Below, piece by piece: positions 55,371 through 64,000 of a DNA stretch of 64,000 nt (positions within the stretch are counted from its first letter, which is position 1; each line of letters starts with the position of its first letter). The notes beneath the pieces are model-generated. The model was not told the origin of the DNA, did not search any database, and was given only the letters and a program-made list of their open reading frames with translations. The stretch is from an uncultured Chlorobiaceae bacterium (lineage in GTDB: Bacteria > Bacteroidota > Chlorobiia > Chlorobiales > Chlorobiaceae). The DNA lies in assembly GCA_903994455.1 (NCBI GenBank), contig CAJEXI010000018.1:120-64119 (forward strand). The letters are read 5' to 3'. The position numbers and the translations under genes are program-made.

Positions 55371-56669
55371 ATGCGTCGATTTATTGACGACGAACTTCTG
55401 AGCTGGCAGGTGAGTACAAGGCGAAAACCGCTGATTCTGCAAGGGGCACGCCAGGTTGGTAAAACATGGTCGCTCAAGGATTTTGGGAAAAACCGGTTTG
55501 AATCGCTTGCTCTGGTTGATCTGGAGCGCAACCATTCTCTGCGGCGGGTGTTTGATGGCGATCTTCATGCAGCGCGTATCTGTTCTGACCTTGAGGTACT
55601 GCTTCGGCAGAAGATTACTCCGGGAAAAACCCTGCTCTTTTTTGATGAAATCCAGGCTGCTCCTCGAGCCATAACCGCCTTGCGCTACTTTTATGAGGAG
55701 ATGCCGGAGCTGCATGTTGTGGCGGCAGGGTCACTCCTTGAATTTGCGTTTAAGGAGGCTTCGTTTCCTGTCGGCAGAATTCAGTTTCTTAACCTCTATC
55801 CGCTCTGTTTTGCAGAATATCTGGAGGCAATTGGGAACACTCCTGCGGCTTCGGCTCTGCTTGGCAATCCGGCTGAAATCTCACCTGTTGTGCATGAACT
55901 GCTCCACGATGAGCTGAAGCGCTATTTTTTTATTGGAGGTATGCCTTCGGCGGTCAATGCTTATGTGGAACATGGTTCGATGAGGGATGCGTTTGAAGTG
56001 CAGGGGGAGATTGTCGAATCATACCGAATGGATTTTGCCAAATATACGCCACAGGTAGACCGTTACTGCCTCGACTCGGTCTTCATCTCACTTGCGCAAC
56101 GTGTTGGAGATCAGATAAAATATGCACGGCTGGGAGAGGGATACAGCAATCTGACGTTGAAAAAGGCTTTTGATGCGCTATGTCTGGCTCAGCTTGGCCG
56201 AAGGATTCCGTCGGCTGATCCATCAGCTCTCCCTCTGGGGGCGAGCGCTTCGGCCAAGGTGTTCAAGGCGCTCATGCTTGATCTTGGATTAATGCGTTAT
56301 CTCTCTGGTATGCCTGACGATATTGAGTATGCCAAGGGGAACCTGCTCACCATGTATCGAGGTGCCATGGCCGAGCAATTTGTGGGTCAGGAGATGCTGG
56401 TGTCGCAAAAAGGGGCTCTCTATTACTGGGATCGGCAGGCGAAAAGCAGCTCCGCCGAGGTTGATTATCTGGCTGTTCTTGATGGCAGAATTCATCCGGT
56501 AGAGGTAAAAAGCGGCGCCACAGGCAGCTTGAGAAGTTTGCATCTTTTTCTGGCCTCATATCCCGAGTGTGGCAAGGCGTTTGTCTTTTCTGATCGCCCT
56601 TATGCAGATCTTCCTGAGCAGAAGGTCACGTTTTTACCGCTCTATGCTGCTTATGCTGCTACGAAGTGA
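55371..56669 (+). CDS. AAA_14 + DUF4143 ATP-binding protein
   Basis: GARQVGKT, FFDEIQ, AGSLL, GGMP, DLGL, YYW..EVDY..PVEVKSG. Confidence 0.9.
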   Translation: MRRFIDDELLSWQVSTRRKPLILQGARQVGKTWSLKDFGKNRFESLALVDLERNHSLRRVFDGDLHAARICSDLEVLLRQKITPGKTLLFFDEIQAAPRAITALRYFYEEMPELHVVAAGSLLEFAFKEASFPVGRIQFLNLYPLCFAEYLEAIGNTPAASALLGNPAEISPVVHELLHDELKRYFFIGGMPSAVNAYVEHGSMRDAFEVQGEIVESYRMDFAKYTPQVDRYCLDSVFISLAQRVGDQIKYARLGEGYSNLTLKKAFDALCLAQLGRRIPSADPSALPLGASASAKVFKALMLDLGLMRYLSGMPDDIEYAKGNLLTMYRGAMAEQFVGQEMLVSQKGALYYWDRQAKSSSAEVDYLAVLDGRIHPVEVKSGATGSLRSLHLFLASYPECGKAFVFSDRPYADLPEQKVTFLPLYAAYAATK

Positions 56670-56853
56670 GTGGAATGCGGGGAATTCTGGAACTCCTTTG
56701 ATTATCTCCCGGAATTCCAGGTGGTGCTGTAATAATCAGAAAAAAATGTAAGTTAGAACCGGTATGGGATTGGACTCTCATCTCTGCAAAAAAGAACGGA
56801 TTTCCTTTTTGGGGTGCTTCACAGAAGAACCGAACGCCAACGTAAACGAATAA

Positions 56854-59800
56854 ATGATTCAACTCGAACAACTCCAACCCAACGCCGCACTGCGAGGCAT
56901 TGTACCGGGCTCCTCGGTTACGGTCGTCAGTGTGCAATGGTTTGGTTCGGAGGCGCTTGAGCTGACCTACAAAACGCCGGATGGCAAAGTGGCCAATGAG
57001 CTGGTCTATCGCCACGATGAACCGCGCCTGGAGATTGTTGAGCAGGGACGACCCTGGAGTTTTGACGGTGATGGCGCACTCTTCCGTCTGGTCTCTGAAG
57101 CGCAGCGCATTCGGTTGGCTCACCTGTTCGATCCGGTGCTGGCGGTCCATACTTCCAATATTGAGCCACTGCCACACCAGATTACGGCGGTCTATGAAGC
57201 CATGCTGCCTCGCCAGCCCTTACGCTTTCTTTTGGCGGACGACCCCGGCGCAGGCAAAACCATTATGGCTGGCTTGCTCATCAAGGAGCTGATTGCCCGT
57301 GGTGACCTGCAACGATGTCTGATTGTTTGCCCCGGAAGTTTGGCGGAGCAGTGGCAGGATGAACTCAAGCGCCGTTTTCATCTCCCCTTTGAGATTCTCA
57401 CCAACGATAAACTGGAAGCAGCCCGTACCGGAAACTGGTTCCTTGAAACCAATCTTGTCATTGCCCGCCTCGATAAACTCTCGCGGAATGAAGAGGTTCA
57501 GTTAAAGCTGCAAGCTCCGGATTGTCGTTGGGATCTGGTTATCTGTGATGAAGCCCACAAAATGTCGGCCACGGTTTTTGGCGGTGAAACCAAATACACC
57601 AAACGCTACCGCCTTGGGCAACTGCTCTCGACTTTGACGCGTCATTTTCTGTTAATGACGGCCACACCGCATAACGGCAAGGAGGCTGACTTTCAGCTTT
57701 TTATGGCACTGCTCGATGGCGATCGCTTCGAGGGCAAGTTCCGAGACGGCGTGCATTCATCCGACGTTTCCGACTTGATGCGTCGCATGGTCAAGGAGAA
57801 TTTGCGGAAGTTCGATGGCACACCTCTCTTCCCTGAGCGTATTGCCTACACACTTCCTTACCATCTGTCGCCCCAGGAGGAAGCACTCTACAAAGCCGTC
57901 ACAAGCTATGTTCGTGAAGAGTTCAATCGCGCTGAGGCGCTGGAAAATAACAAGCGAGCAGGTACGGTAGGATTTGCCTTAACCATCCTGCAACGGAGGC
58001 TTGCTTCATCCCCGGAAGCCATTTACCAGTCGCTGCGCCGCCGCAAAGAAAAACTTGAGAGCCGACTGCGTGAACTTGAGCTGCTCCAGCGTGCCGGTCA
58101 GGTTGCACCGAACCCGTCGTTTGGTGCACCAACGATTGACAGCGACGATATTGAGGACCTCGATGAGGCCCCGGAGAACGAAGTTGAAGCAATCGAAGAA
58201 GAGATCCTCGATCAGGCCACCGCCGCACGCTCAATTGCTGAGCTGTACAGTGAGATTGCAACCCTGAAGAACCTCGAAGCGACCGCCTTGCTTGTCCGAA
58301 GCAGTGGCGCTGATACCAAATGGGCGGAACTCTCAGGCCTGCTTGGTGAAATATTTACCACCGCAGCGCGGCAGCAATTGGTTGAAGCGGAAGTGCCCTA
58401 TGGTTCCGGTCCTATTCCGCCTCCAAAACCTTCGCCGCATCAGAAGCTGGTTGTTTTCACCGAGCATCGCGATACACTCAACTATCTGGAAGAACGCATC
58501 ACCCGATTTCTTGGACGCAAGGATGCTGTGGTCATTATCCACGGAGGCACAGGCCGGGAACATCGTCTCAAGGTACAGGAATCTTTCAAACACGACCCAG
58601 CCGTTCAGGTGCTGCTGGCAACCGACGCTGCCGGTGAAGGAATCAACCTCCAGCGCGCCCACCTGATGGTCAACTATGACCTGCCCTGGAACCCCAACCG
58701 TCTTGAACAGCGCTTCGGACGTATCCACCGGATTGGCCAGACTGAGGTCTGCTACCTCTGGAATCTGGTGGCCGACGACACCCGTGAAGGCGATGTCTAT
58801 CGTCGACTGCTTGAAAAGCTGGAACAGGCTCGACAGGCTTTGGGCGGTCAGGTTTTCGATGTGCTGGGCAAACTCGCCTTTGAAGCCGATGGGCATCTCA
58901 TGTCGCTGCGTGACCTGCTCATCGAGGCAATCCGTTATGGCGAAAAACCCGAAACCAAAGCATTTCTCACCACGGTACTTGATACCGCTCTCGACAGCAG
59001 CCACCTGCAAATCCTGCTTGAAGAGAGGATGCTGGTTCATGATGCCATGGATGCCAGCAACGTGCAGCGCATCCGTGCGGATATGGAGCGTGCCGATGCT
59101 CGCAGGCTGCAACCACATTACGTCGAGTCATTTTTCCTGGAAGCATTCAAGCGACTTGGCGGCAATGCCCGACAGCGTGAACCCCGCCGATTCGAGATCA
59201 CCCATGTGCCCGCTCCGATCAGGAACCGTGACCGCCTCATTGGCATCGGAGAGCCCGTGCTGCCACGCTATGAGCGAATCGTTTTCGAGAAAACCCTGAT
59301 TGCCCCGCAGGGAGAGCCCCTGGCCGCATTTGTCTGCCCCGGTCATCCACTGCTCGATTCCGTTATTGACCTGACCCTCGAACGGCATCGCGATTTGCTG
59401 AAACGTGGTACTGTGCTGGTTGATGAACGAGACACTGGAACCAGACCAAGAGTGCTCTTCTATCTGGAACACGCCATTCAGGATGCCAGTCTTACCCGTG
59501 ACGGCAACCGCCGCATAGTCTCCCGTCGCCTGATGTATGTCGAACTGGACGACCAGGGAACAGTCCGTCACGTTCAATACGCACCCTATCTCGATTTTCG
59601 GCCTCTGGCTACAGAGGAACCCGGTGTTGAAGCCCTGCTCGATCGCCCGGAATGCCAGTGGATCACCCGTGAACTGGAGCAGAGTGCCCAGACTTATGCC
59701 ATCACCCGCGTCGTGCCAGAGCATCTTGCAGAAATCAAAGGGCGCAAACTTGAACTGATAGCCAAAACCGAGGCCGCAGTAAAAGAACGGCTAACAAAGG

Positions 59801-60444
59801 AGATTACCTACTGGGATCATCGGGCCGAAGAGCTGAAGCTGCAAGAGCGGGCAGGAAAACCCAATGCCCGACTCAACTCCGGCGAAGCACGAAAGCGTGC
59901 CGATTTGTTGCAGGGTCGCTTGCAAAAAAGGCTCGAAGAGTTACGGCTTGAAGCGCAGCTTTCGCCACTCCCGCCATTGGTGCTTGGTGGCTTGCTCGTT
60001 GTGCCGATTGGGCTCATAAATGCCATGACGGGCCGACCTGAGACAATGATGGGTTCTCCGACCGATACCCAGGTGAGCGCAGCTCGTGCCAGGGCAATCA
60101 TCATGGATATTGAGCGCACTCTCGGCTTCGACCCCACTGACCGGGAACTTGAAAAGCTTGGCTACGACATTGAAAGCCGCATTCCCGATACAGGGAAATT
60201 GCGTTTCATTGAAGTGAAGGGGCGTGTTTCAGGCGCCCCAACCATCACCGTTACCCGCAACGAGATTCTCTACTCGCTCAATAAGCCTGATGACTTTATT
60301 CTCGCCATTGTCGAGTTTCTTGATGCCGAAACGCACAAGGTGCATTACCTTAAAAGACACTTCAATCGTGAACCCGATTTTTGGGTCTGTAGCGTCAATT
60401 ATATTTTTACCGATCTTCTTGCCAAAGGAGAGCTTCCATCATGA
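56854..60444 (+). CDS. SNF2-family helicase with a C-terminal DUF3883 (PD-(D/E)XK) nuclease domain
   Basis: LPHQ, LADDPGAGKT, DEAH, TATPH, ATDAAGEGINLQ, EQRFGRIHRIGQ, GYDIES..FIEVKGR. Confidence 0.9.
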   Translation: MIQLEQLQPNAALRGIVPGSSVTVVSVQWFGSEALELTYKTPDGKVANELVYRHDEPRLEIVEQGRPWSFDGDGALFRLVSEAQRIRLAHLFDPVLAVHTSNIEPLPHQITAVYEAMLPRQPLRFLLADDPGAGKTIMAGLLIKELIARGDLQRCLIVCPGSLAEQWQDELKRRFHLPFEILTNDKLEAARTGNWFLETNLVIARLDKLSRNEEVQLKLQAPDCRWDLVICDEAHKMSATVFGGETKYTKRYRLGQLLSTLTRHFLLMTATPHNGKEADFQLFMALLDGDRFEGKFRDGVHSSDVSDLMRRMVKENLRKFDGTPLFPERIAYTLPYHLSPQEEALYKAVTSYVREEFNRAEALENNKRAGTVGFALTILQRRLASSPEAIYQSLRRRKEKLESRLRELELLQRAGQVAPNPSFGAPTIDSDDIEDLDEAPENEVEAIEEEILDQATAARSIAELYSEIATLKNLEATALLVRSSGADTKWAELSGLLGEIFTTAARQQLVEAEVPYGSGPIPPPKPSPHQKLVVFTEHRDTLNYLEERITRFLGRKDAVVIIHGGTGREHRLKVQESFKHDPAVQVLLATDAAGEGINLQRAHLMVNYDLPWNPNRLEQRFGRIHRIGQTEVCYLWNLVADDTREGDVYRRLLEKLEQARQALGGQVFDVLGKLAFEADGHLMSLRDLLIEAIRYGEKPETKAFLTTVLDTALDSSHLQILLEERMLVHDAMDASNVQRIRADMERADARRLQPHYVESFFLEAFKRLGGNARQREPRRFEITHVPAPIRNRDRLIGIGEPVLPRYERIVFEKTLIAPQGEPLAAFVCPGHPLLDSVIDLTLERHRDLLKRGTVLVDERDTGTRPRVLFYLEHAIQDASLTRDGNRRIVSRRLMYVELDDQGTVRHVQYAPYLDFRPLATEEPGVEALLDRPECQWITRELEQSAQTYAITRVVPEHLAEIKGRKLELIAKTEAAVKERLTKEITYWDHRAEELKLQERAGKPNARLNSGEARKRADLLQGRLQKRLEELRLEAQLSPLPPLVLGGLLVVPIGLINAMTGRPETMMGSPTDTQVSAARARAIIMDIERTLGFDPTDRELEKLGYDIESRIPDTGKLRFIEVKGRVSGAPTITVTRNEILYSLNKPDDFILAIVEFLDAETHKVHYLKRHFNREPDFWVCSVNYIFTDLLAKGELPS

Positions 60445-60466
60445 ACCTGCTTGTGAGGATACACCT

Positions 60467-61063
60467 ATGAGTGATTACGACAATCTGCCAGATTTGTCTG
60501 TCTCTGAGCCAGCAGGCTTCAATGAAATTGCGCAACTCATTCGTTCGGCACGTGAACGCACACTTTCAGCCGTCAATTCATCCTTGATTGAACTCTATTG
60601 GGAGATTGGCAGAATGCTCAGCGCTCGAATCACTAGCGATGGCTGGGGAAAAGGCACTGTAGAACAGCTTGCAATCTATATTCAAAAGCAGCATCCAAGC
60701 CTGCGAGGCTTTACCCGGGCAAACCTGTTTCGAATGCGTAAATTTTCGAAACCTGGTTGGCTAATGAAAAAGTCGCAACGCTGTTGCGACAATTACCCTG
60801 GTCATCTCATCTGCACATCATGGCCAAAACAAAACGGCCGGAAGAGCAGGAGTTTTATCTGCGCATGGCTATCCAGCAACGTTGGCCAGTGCGCGAAGTT
60901 GCCAGACAGATCGACAGCGCTTTGTTTGAGCGAGCCGTGCTCAATCCGCCAAAACTCTCAACAGCGTTGAGAGAATTGCATCCAGGCGCAGAAAGCCTTT
61001 TTCGCGATGCTTATGTTGTTGAATTTCTCAACCTGCCTGACGACCATCGCGAGACGGACTTAA
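60467..61063 (+). pseudogene. DUF1016 (YhcG-like) protein, frameshifted and lacking its C-terminal nuclease domain
   Basis: AVN..LIELYWEIG, GWGKG, RGFTRANLFRMRKF; a 1-nt loss in the T-run 60743-60746; then QLPWS.HL, EQEFY, FRDAYVVEFL, ETDL, after which homology stops. Confidence 0.85.
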
Positions 61064-61145
61064 GTAATCTTTGCCATCCCGATTTTGCTTTCTGTAGTGT
61101 AAATTGCAATTTTGCTGATCTCTTCGTCCGTGCTGAGGTACCACA

Positions 61146-62543
61146 ATGAAACTTGCTAAAATTGACATCACCTACTTTCGCTGCTTTGAATCGCTTGCAG
61201 TCAAACTTCACCCCGACATCAATGTCATCATTGGTGCCAATGGCGCAGGGAAAAGTAGCATCCTTGATGCCATCGCCATTGCGCTGTACGAAATAATAGC
61301 AGCAAATGGTGCGGGGGGCAAGAGCCAGCGGAAGATGCAGGGTGCTGCACTTTTGCCTACTGATATTTACGTTGACCCTTCAGAGAAAGATCCCCTTCTT
61401 AGGCGAAAGTCTTTTGTTCAGCTTAGCGCAATGGCCTCAGATTACTACTACATCGATGAAAATTCTCTCAAACCACCTCTTGACGAAGAATCGGTGCTGG
61501 ATTGGACAGAACATATTGCCTATCGACCGCCGACAAGTTTCTCATACGATACCAGTACATCAGAAAGAGTATCCGAACTTCACCGATATATAACGCACCT
61601 TTGGGAGGAAATCCGCAAAAGTCCGCAAGCATTGATTCCATTGCCTGTTGTGGCGTATTACCGTGCCACTCGGAGAATGGGGGGGATGCCGGAATTTGGA
61701 GATATTTTCAAACTCGACCTTGACAGAGACAAGGCATTCGTCAGTGCCCTTAATGCTGGCGCAAATTTTACGGCGATGTGCCAGTGGTTCTACCTGCGAG
61801 AGAACGCCGAGCTCCGTGCCAATGTAAACGCCCAGAGTGGCGACAGGAAGGAGTTTGCTGACTTGCGTGCTGTACGACAGGCATTGAAACTTACAATCGA
61901 AGGTTTGGAGCGAGTCTATTTTGATGGCAGCCCGCCACGACTGATGGTTGAAATCAGGGAGTTCGATGGCAGCACCCGAGCATTCGAGTTGGCGCAACTG
62001 AGTGACGGCTACCGGAATCTGCTTGCCTTGGTGCTCGACTTCGCTCGTCGGCTTGCACAGGCCAATCCGAACTGGCCAAATCCGCTTGAAGCTCCGGGTA
62101 TTCTGATGATTGACGAGATTGAGCTGCATCTTCACCCTCGCTGGCAACAGAAGGTCATTCCCGCTCTCCGGGCAGTTTTTCCTAACACCCAGCTCATTGT
62201 ATCAACACACAGCCCGGCGGTGCTCACCACCGTACGCCGCGAACATATCAAACTGCTTGGCGCTGACCATCAGTTTGAGCAGATTCCTAATGATGTAGGT
62301 ACCTACGGCGCGGACAACTCCCGTGTTCTTGCCGAGGTGTTTGGTGCTTACCCACGACCTCAAAATATTCATTCAGTCCAACAATTAGCTGAATACTGGC
62401 AGGCAGTGGAAGCTCAAGAACACGATACCGATCAAGCAAAAGCTCTACGTCAAGAACTTGAATCAGCATTGGGCACAAGCGATCCCGATCTTCTTCGCGC
62501 CGATCTTAGGATAAAGCAGTTACAATTTCAGAAGCAACGATGA
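61146..62543 (+). CDS. ABC/AAA_21 ATPase, PtuA (Septu/retron)-like
   Basis: FRCF, GANGAGKSS, YY..R, QLSDG, LMIDEIELHLHPRWQQ, STHSP. Confidence 0.85.
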   Translation: MKLAKIDITYFRCFESLAVKLHPDINVIIGANGAGKSSILDAIAIALYEIIAANGAGGKSQRKMQGAALLPTDIYVDPSEKDPLLRRKSFVQLSAMASDYYYIDENSLKPPLDEESVLDWTEHIAYRPPTSFSYDTSTSERVSELHRYITHLWEEIRKSPQALIPLPVVAYYRATRRMGGMPEFGDIFKLDLDRDKAFVSALNAGANFTAMCQWFYLRENAELRANVNAQSGDRKEFADLRAVRQALKLTIEGLERVYFDGSPPRLMVEIREFDGSTRAFELAQLSDGYRNLLALVLDFARRLAQANPNWPNPLEAPGILMIDEIELHLHPRWQQKVIPALRAVFPNTQLIVSTHSPAVLTTVRREHIKLLGADHQFEQIPNDVGTYGADNSRVLAEVFGAYPRPQNIHSVQQLAEYWQAVEAQEHDTDQAKALRQELESALGTSDPDLLRADLRIKQLQFQKQR

Positions 62544-62668
62544 AAAGCATTCAAACCAATGAACCTCCGGCACGGCCCTGGCAAGCAACCGAAAAGTCAG
62601 TCTTGGATGATGTTAAAAATAGTGAGTGTCATCCTGGTTTACATGCAGGCTTGCGACAGCCCAAATAA
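62540..62668 (+). pseudogene. Probable N-terminal stub of an HNH partner gene (PtuB/TIGR02646-like)
   Basis: ATGA overlap with the ATPase stop; MKSIQTNEPP..W start, then no CxxC or HNH motifs (42 aa). Confidence 0.4.
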
Positions 62669-62672
62669 ATCG

Positions 62673-63776
62673 TCACACCTCAAAAAAAAGCCTTTTCAGC
62701 TCTTTCCGTGCGCTCGCAAGCAACTCTCTGACCGACGACTCATCCAGATTGATGAGCGCAGCAACCTCGCCGATAGCTCTCTTCTCCTGCTCCATCATCC
62801 GGTAAACCTCCTGCTCTTGAGCTCCAAGCTTTTTGATACATTGGAGCATCTTCAGGTTGTCGCTTCCAGATGAGCTGTTTTTTTCTGAAACAGCAACACC
62901 TTTCTTATGCCCGAACAACTCCTCAGCCGTTGCCGCAAGTGGGGCATCATTACTCACCTCCCCAAAAATCCGCACAAACCCCATAAAGTCAAGCCCGACA
63001 GCTTCGCAGGGGGTGATACGGTTTTCAAGAATATCGCGGGCAAGTGTCTGAAATTTTTCCCGAAGTTCAGGCAGACGGACGGCAAAGTCGAAGCTGTCAT
63101 CCTTGTCGCGGGCATCAGCAAGGTATGGCACCTTCATCAGGATGGTGATACCGGCAGCCTCGGCATACTTTTCAGCAATACCGCTCCCGTCATCGCGGTT
63201 GATGATCAGGCCGAGCAGCCGTGATTTGCCGCCGATGGTTCTGAAATAGTTGTTCGCCTTGCAGATATTGTTGGCCGTAAAGATAGACTGGCGATCGTTG
63301 TTGGTGACAAGAATAACCTCCTCACTGAGCGAGCGGGCGAGTGGCGTGGCGAATCCTCCGCAGACAACGTCGCCAAGAAAGTCCATGAGGATAACATCGA
63401 GTTCCCACTTGAAGATGCCAAGTTTTTCAAGCACATCGAATCCAGAGATGATGCCCCTGCCGCCGCAACCCCGGCCAACCTGTGGCCCGCCAAGCTCAAT
63501 ACCATAAATGGGCTGCGGAAAATCAGCGATATCACGACGGAAGACAATGTCGCTGATGGCGACCTGCTGGTTCAGTGCGTTTTTTTCTGCAAAGACATCG
63601 GTCACCGTCGGCAGTGAAATGCCTCCAAAAAGCGAGGTGGTGGAGTCGTGCTTCGGGTCGCAGCCAAGCTGCAGCACCCGTTTGTTCATCATGGCAAAGG
63701 TGGCGCTCAGGTTCGTGGTCGTGAAACTTTTGCCAATGCCTCCCTTGCCGTAAATAGCGATGGTTCTTGCTGTCAT
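62673..63776 (-). CDS. bchX: Chlorophyllide a reductase iron-protein subunit X
   Basis: IYGKGGIGKSFT, GCDPKHDST, ELGGPQVGRGCGGRGII, MDFLGDVVCGGF; next to bchC. Confidence 0.92.
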   Translation of the reverse strand: MTARTIAIYGKGGIGKSFTTTNLSATFAMMNKRVLQLGCDPKHDSTTSLFGGISLPTVTDVFAEKNALNQQVAISDIVFRRDIADFPQPIYGIELGGPQVGRGCGGRGIISGFDVLEKLGIFKWELDVILMDFLGDVVCGGFATPLARSLSEEVILVTNNDRQSIFTANNICKANNYFRTIGGKSRLLGLIINRDDGSGIAEKYAEAAGITILMKVPYLADARDKDDSFDFAVRLPELREKFQTLARDILENRITPCEAVGLDFMGFVRIFGEVSNDAPLAATAEELFGHKKGVAVSEKNSSSGSDNLKMLQCIKKLGAQEQEVYRMMEQEKRAIGEVAALINLDESSVRELLASARKELKRLFFEV

Positions 63777-63786
63777 CTTGCGCTGC

Positions 63787-64000
63787 TTATGGTTGTGCTG
63801 TGACAGGAGGTTCCGTTCCCTCCTGTGCTGTGCCGGTTTTCCAGAGCAAGACCATTTTCATGCAGTCCGGATCGGTGAAGGCCTGCACATAAGCTTCGGT
63901 GATATCCTTCTCTACGGTATGCTGGTGGGTGAAAATCCTTTCAGCATTAAGTTTGTGTTGTCCGATGAGTTCCCTGACCCGCTCCAGATCACCCTTGGCC
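63787..64000 (-). CDS. bchC: 3' end of bacteriochlorophyllide dehydrogenase BchC (partial)
   Basis: Manual translation AKGDLERVREL..IFTH..AY.QAFTDPDCMKMVLLW, a Zn-dependent dehydrogenase C-terminus; upstream of bchX. Confidence 0.75.
   Translation of the reverse strand, partial: AKGDLERVRELIGQHKLNAERIFTHQHTVEKDITEAYVQAFTDPDCMKMVLLWKTGTAQEGTEPPVTAQP

Noticed and set aside
62673-63776. nifH or bchL
   Set aside because: The GKSFT and ELGGP.VGRGCGGRG motifs and the bchC neighbour indicate bchX.

Overview
This 64-kb window comes from a green sulfur bacterium (Chlorobiaceae, Chlorobium/Pelodictyon-like), judged from bchX/bchC, the ccsA-hemA-hemC-hemD-hisN..hemB-aroC cluster and the Chlorobi-type nrdJ. 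The core backbone runs ~8.9-49.7 kb and resumes at 62.7-64 kb. It holds nrdJ, ftsE, pdxA, an ECF sigma pair, waaA, deaD, xerD, rsmB, a SAM-I riboswitch with metX, serS, radC, queD, a two-partner secretion locus, ndh, aroC, the hem genes, an Na+-pumping decarboxylase cluster, typA, bchX and bchC. Two accessory regions stand out. (1) 1-8.7 kb: a decayed NACHT + FGE-sulfatase (CLec-fold) gene whose missing 3' end appears ~2 kb downstream (5443-5529) as an orphan piece with the codon signature of a diversity-generating-retroelement variable region. This region also has DUF4143 ATPases, a 4x22-bp repeat and a RelE-like/UvrD/ankyrin helicase. (2) 49.66-62.67 kb: a ~13-kb defence-like island between typA and bchX, bounded by a diverged copy of the bchX 3' end. 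It carries an intact DRHyd/TIR-like-TPR-SLOG-like + patatin gene pair (best candidate for an undescribed signalling immune system), an SNF2-DUF3883 helicase, a PtuA-like ABC ATPase and several broken nuclease genes. All family assignments come from motif recognition by eye; no database searches were run.
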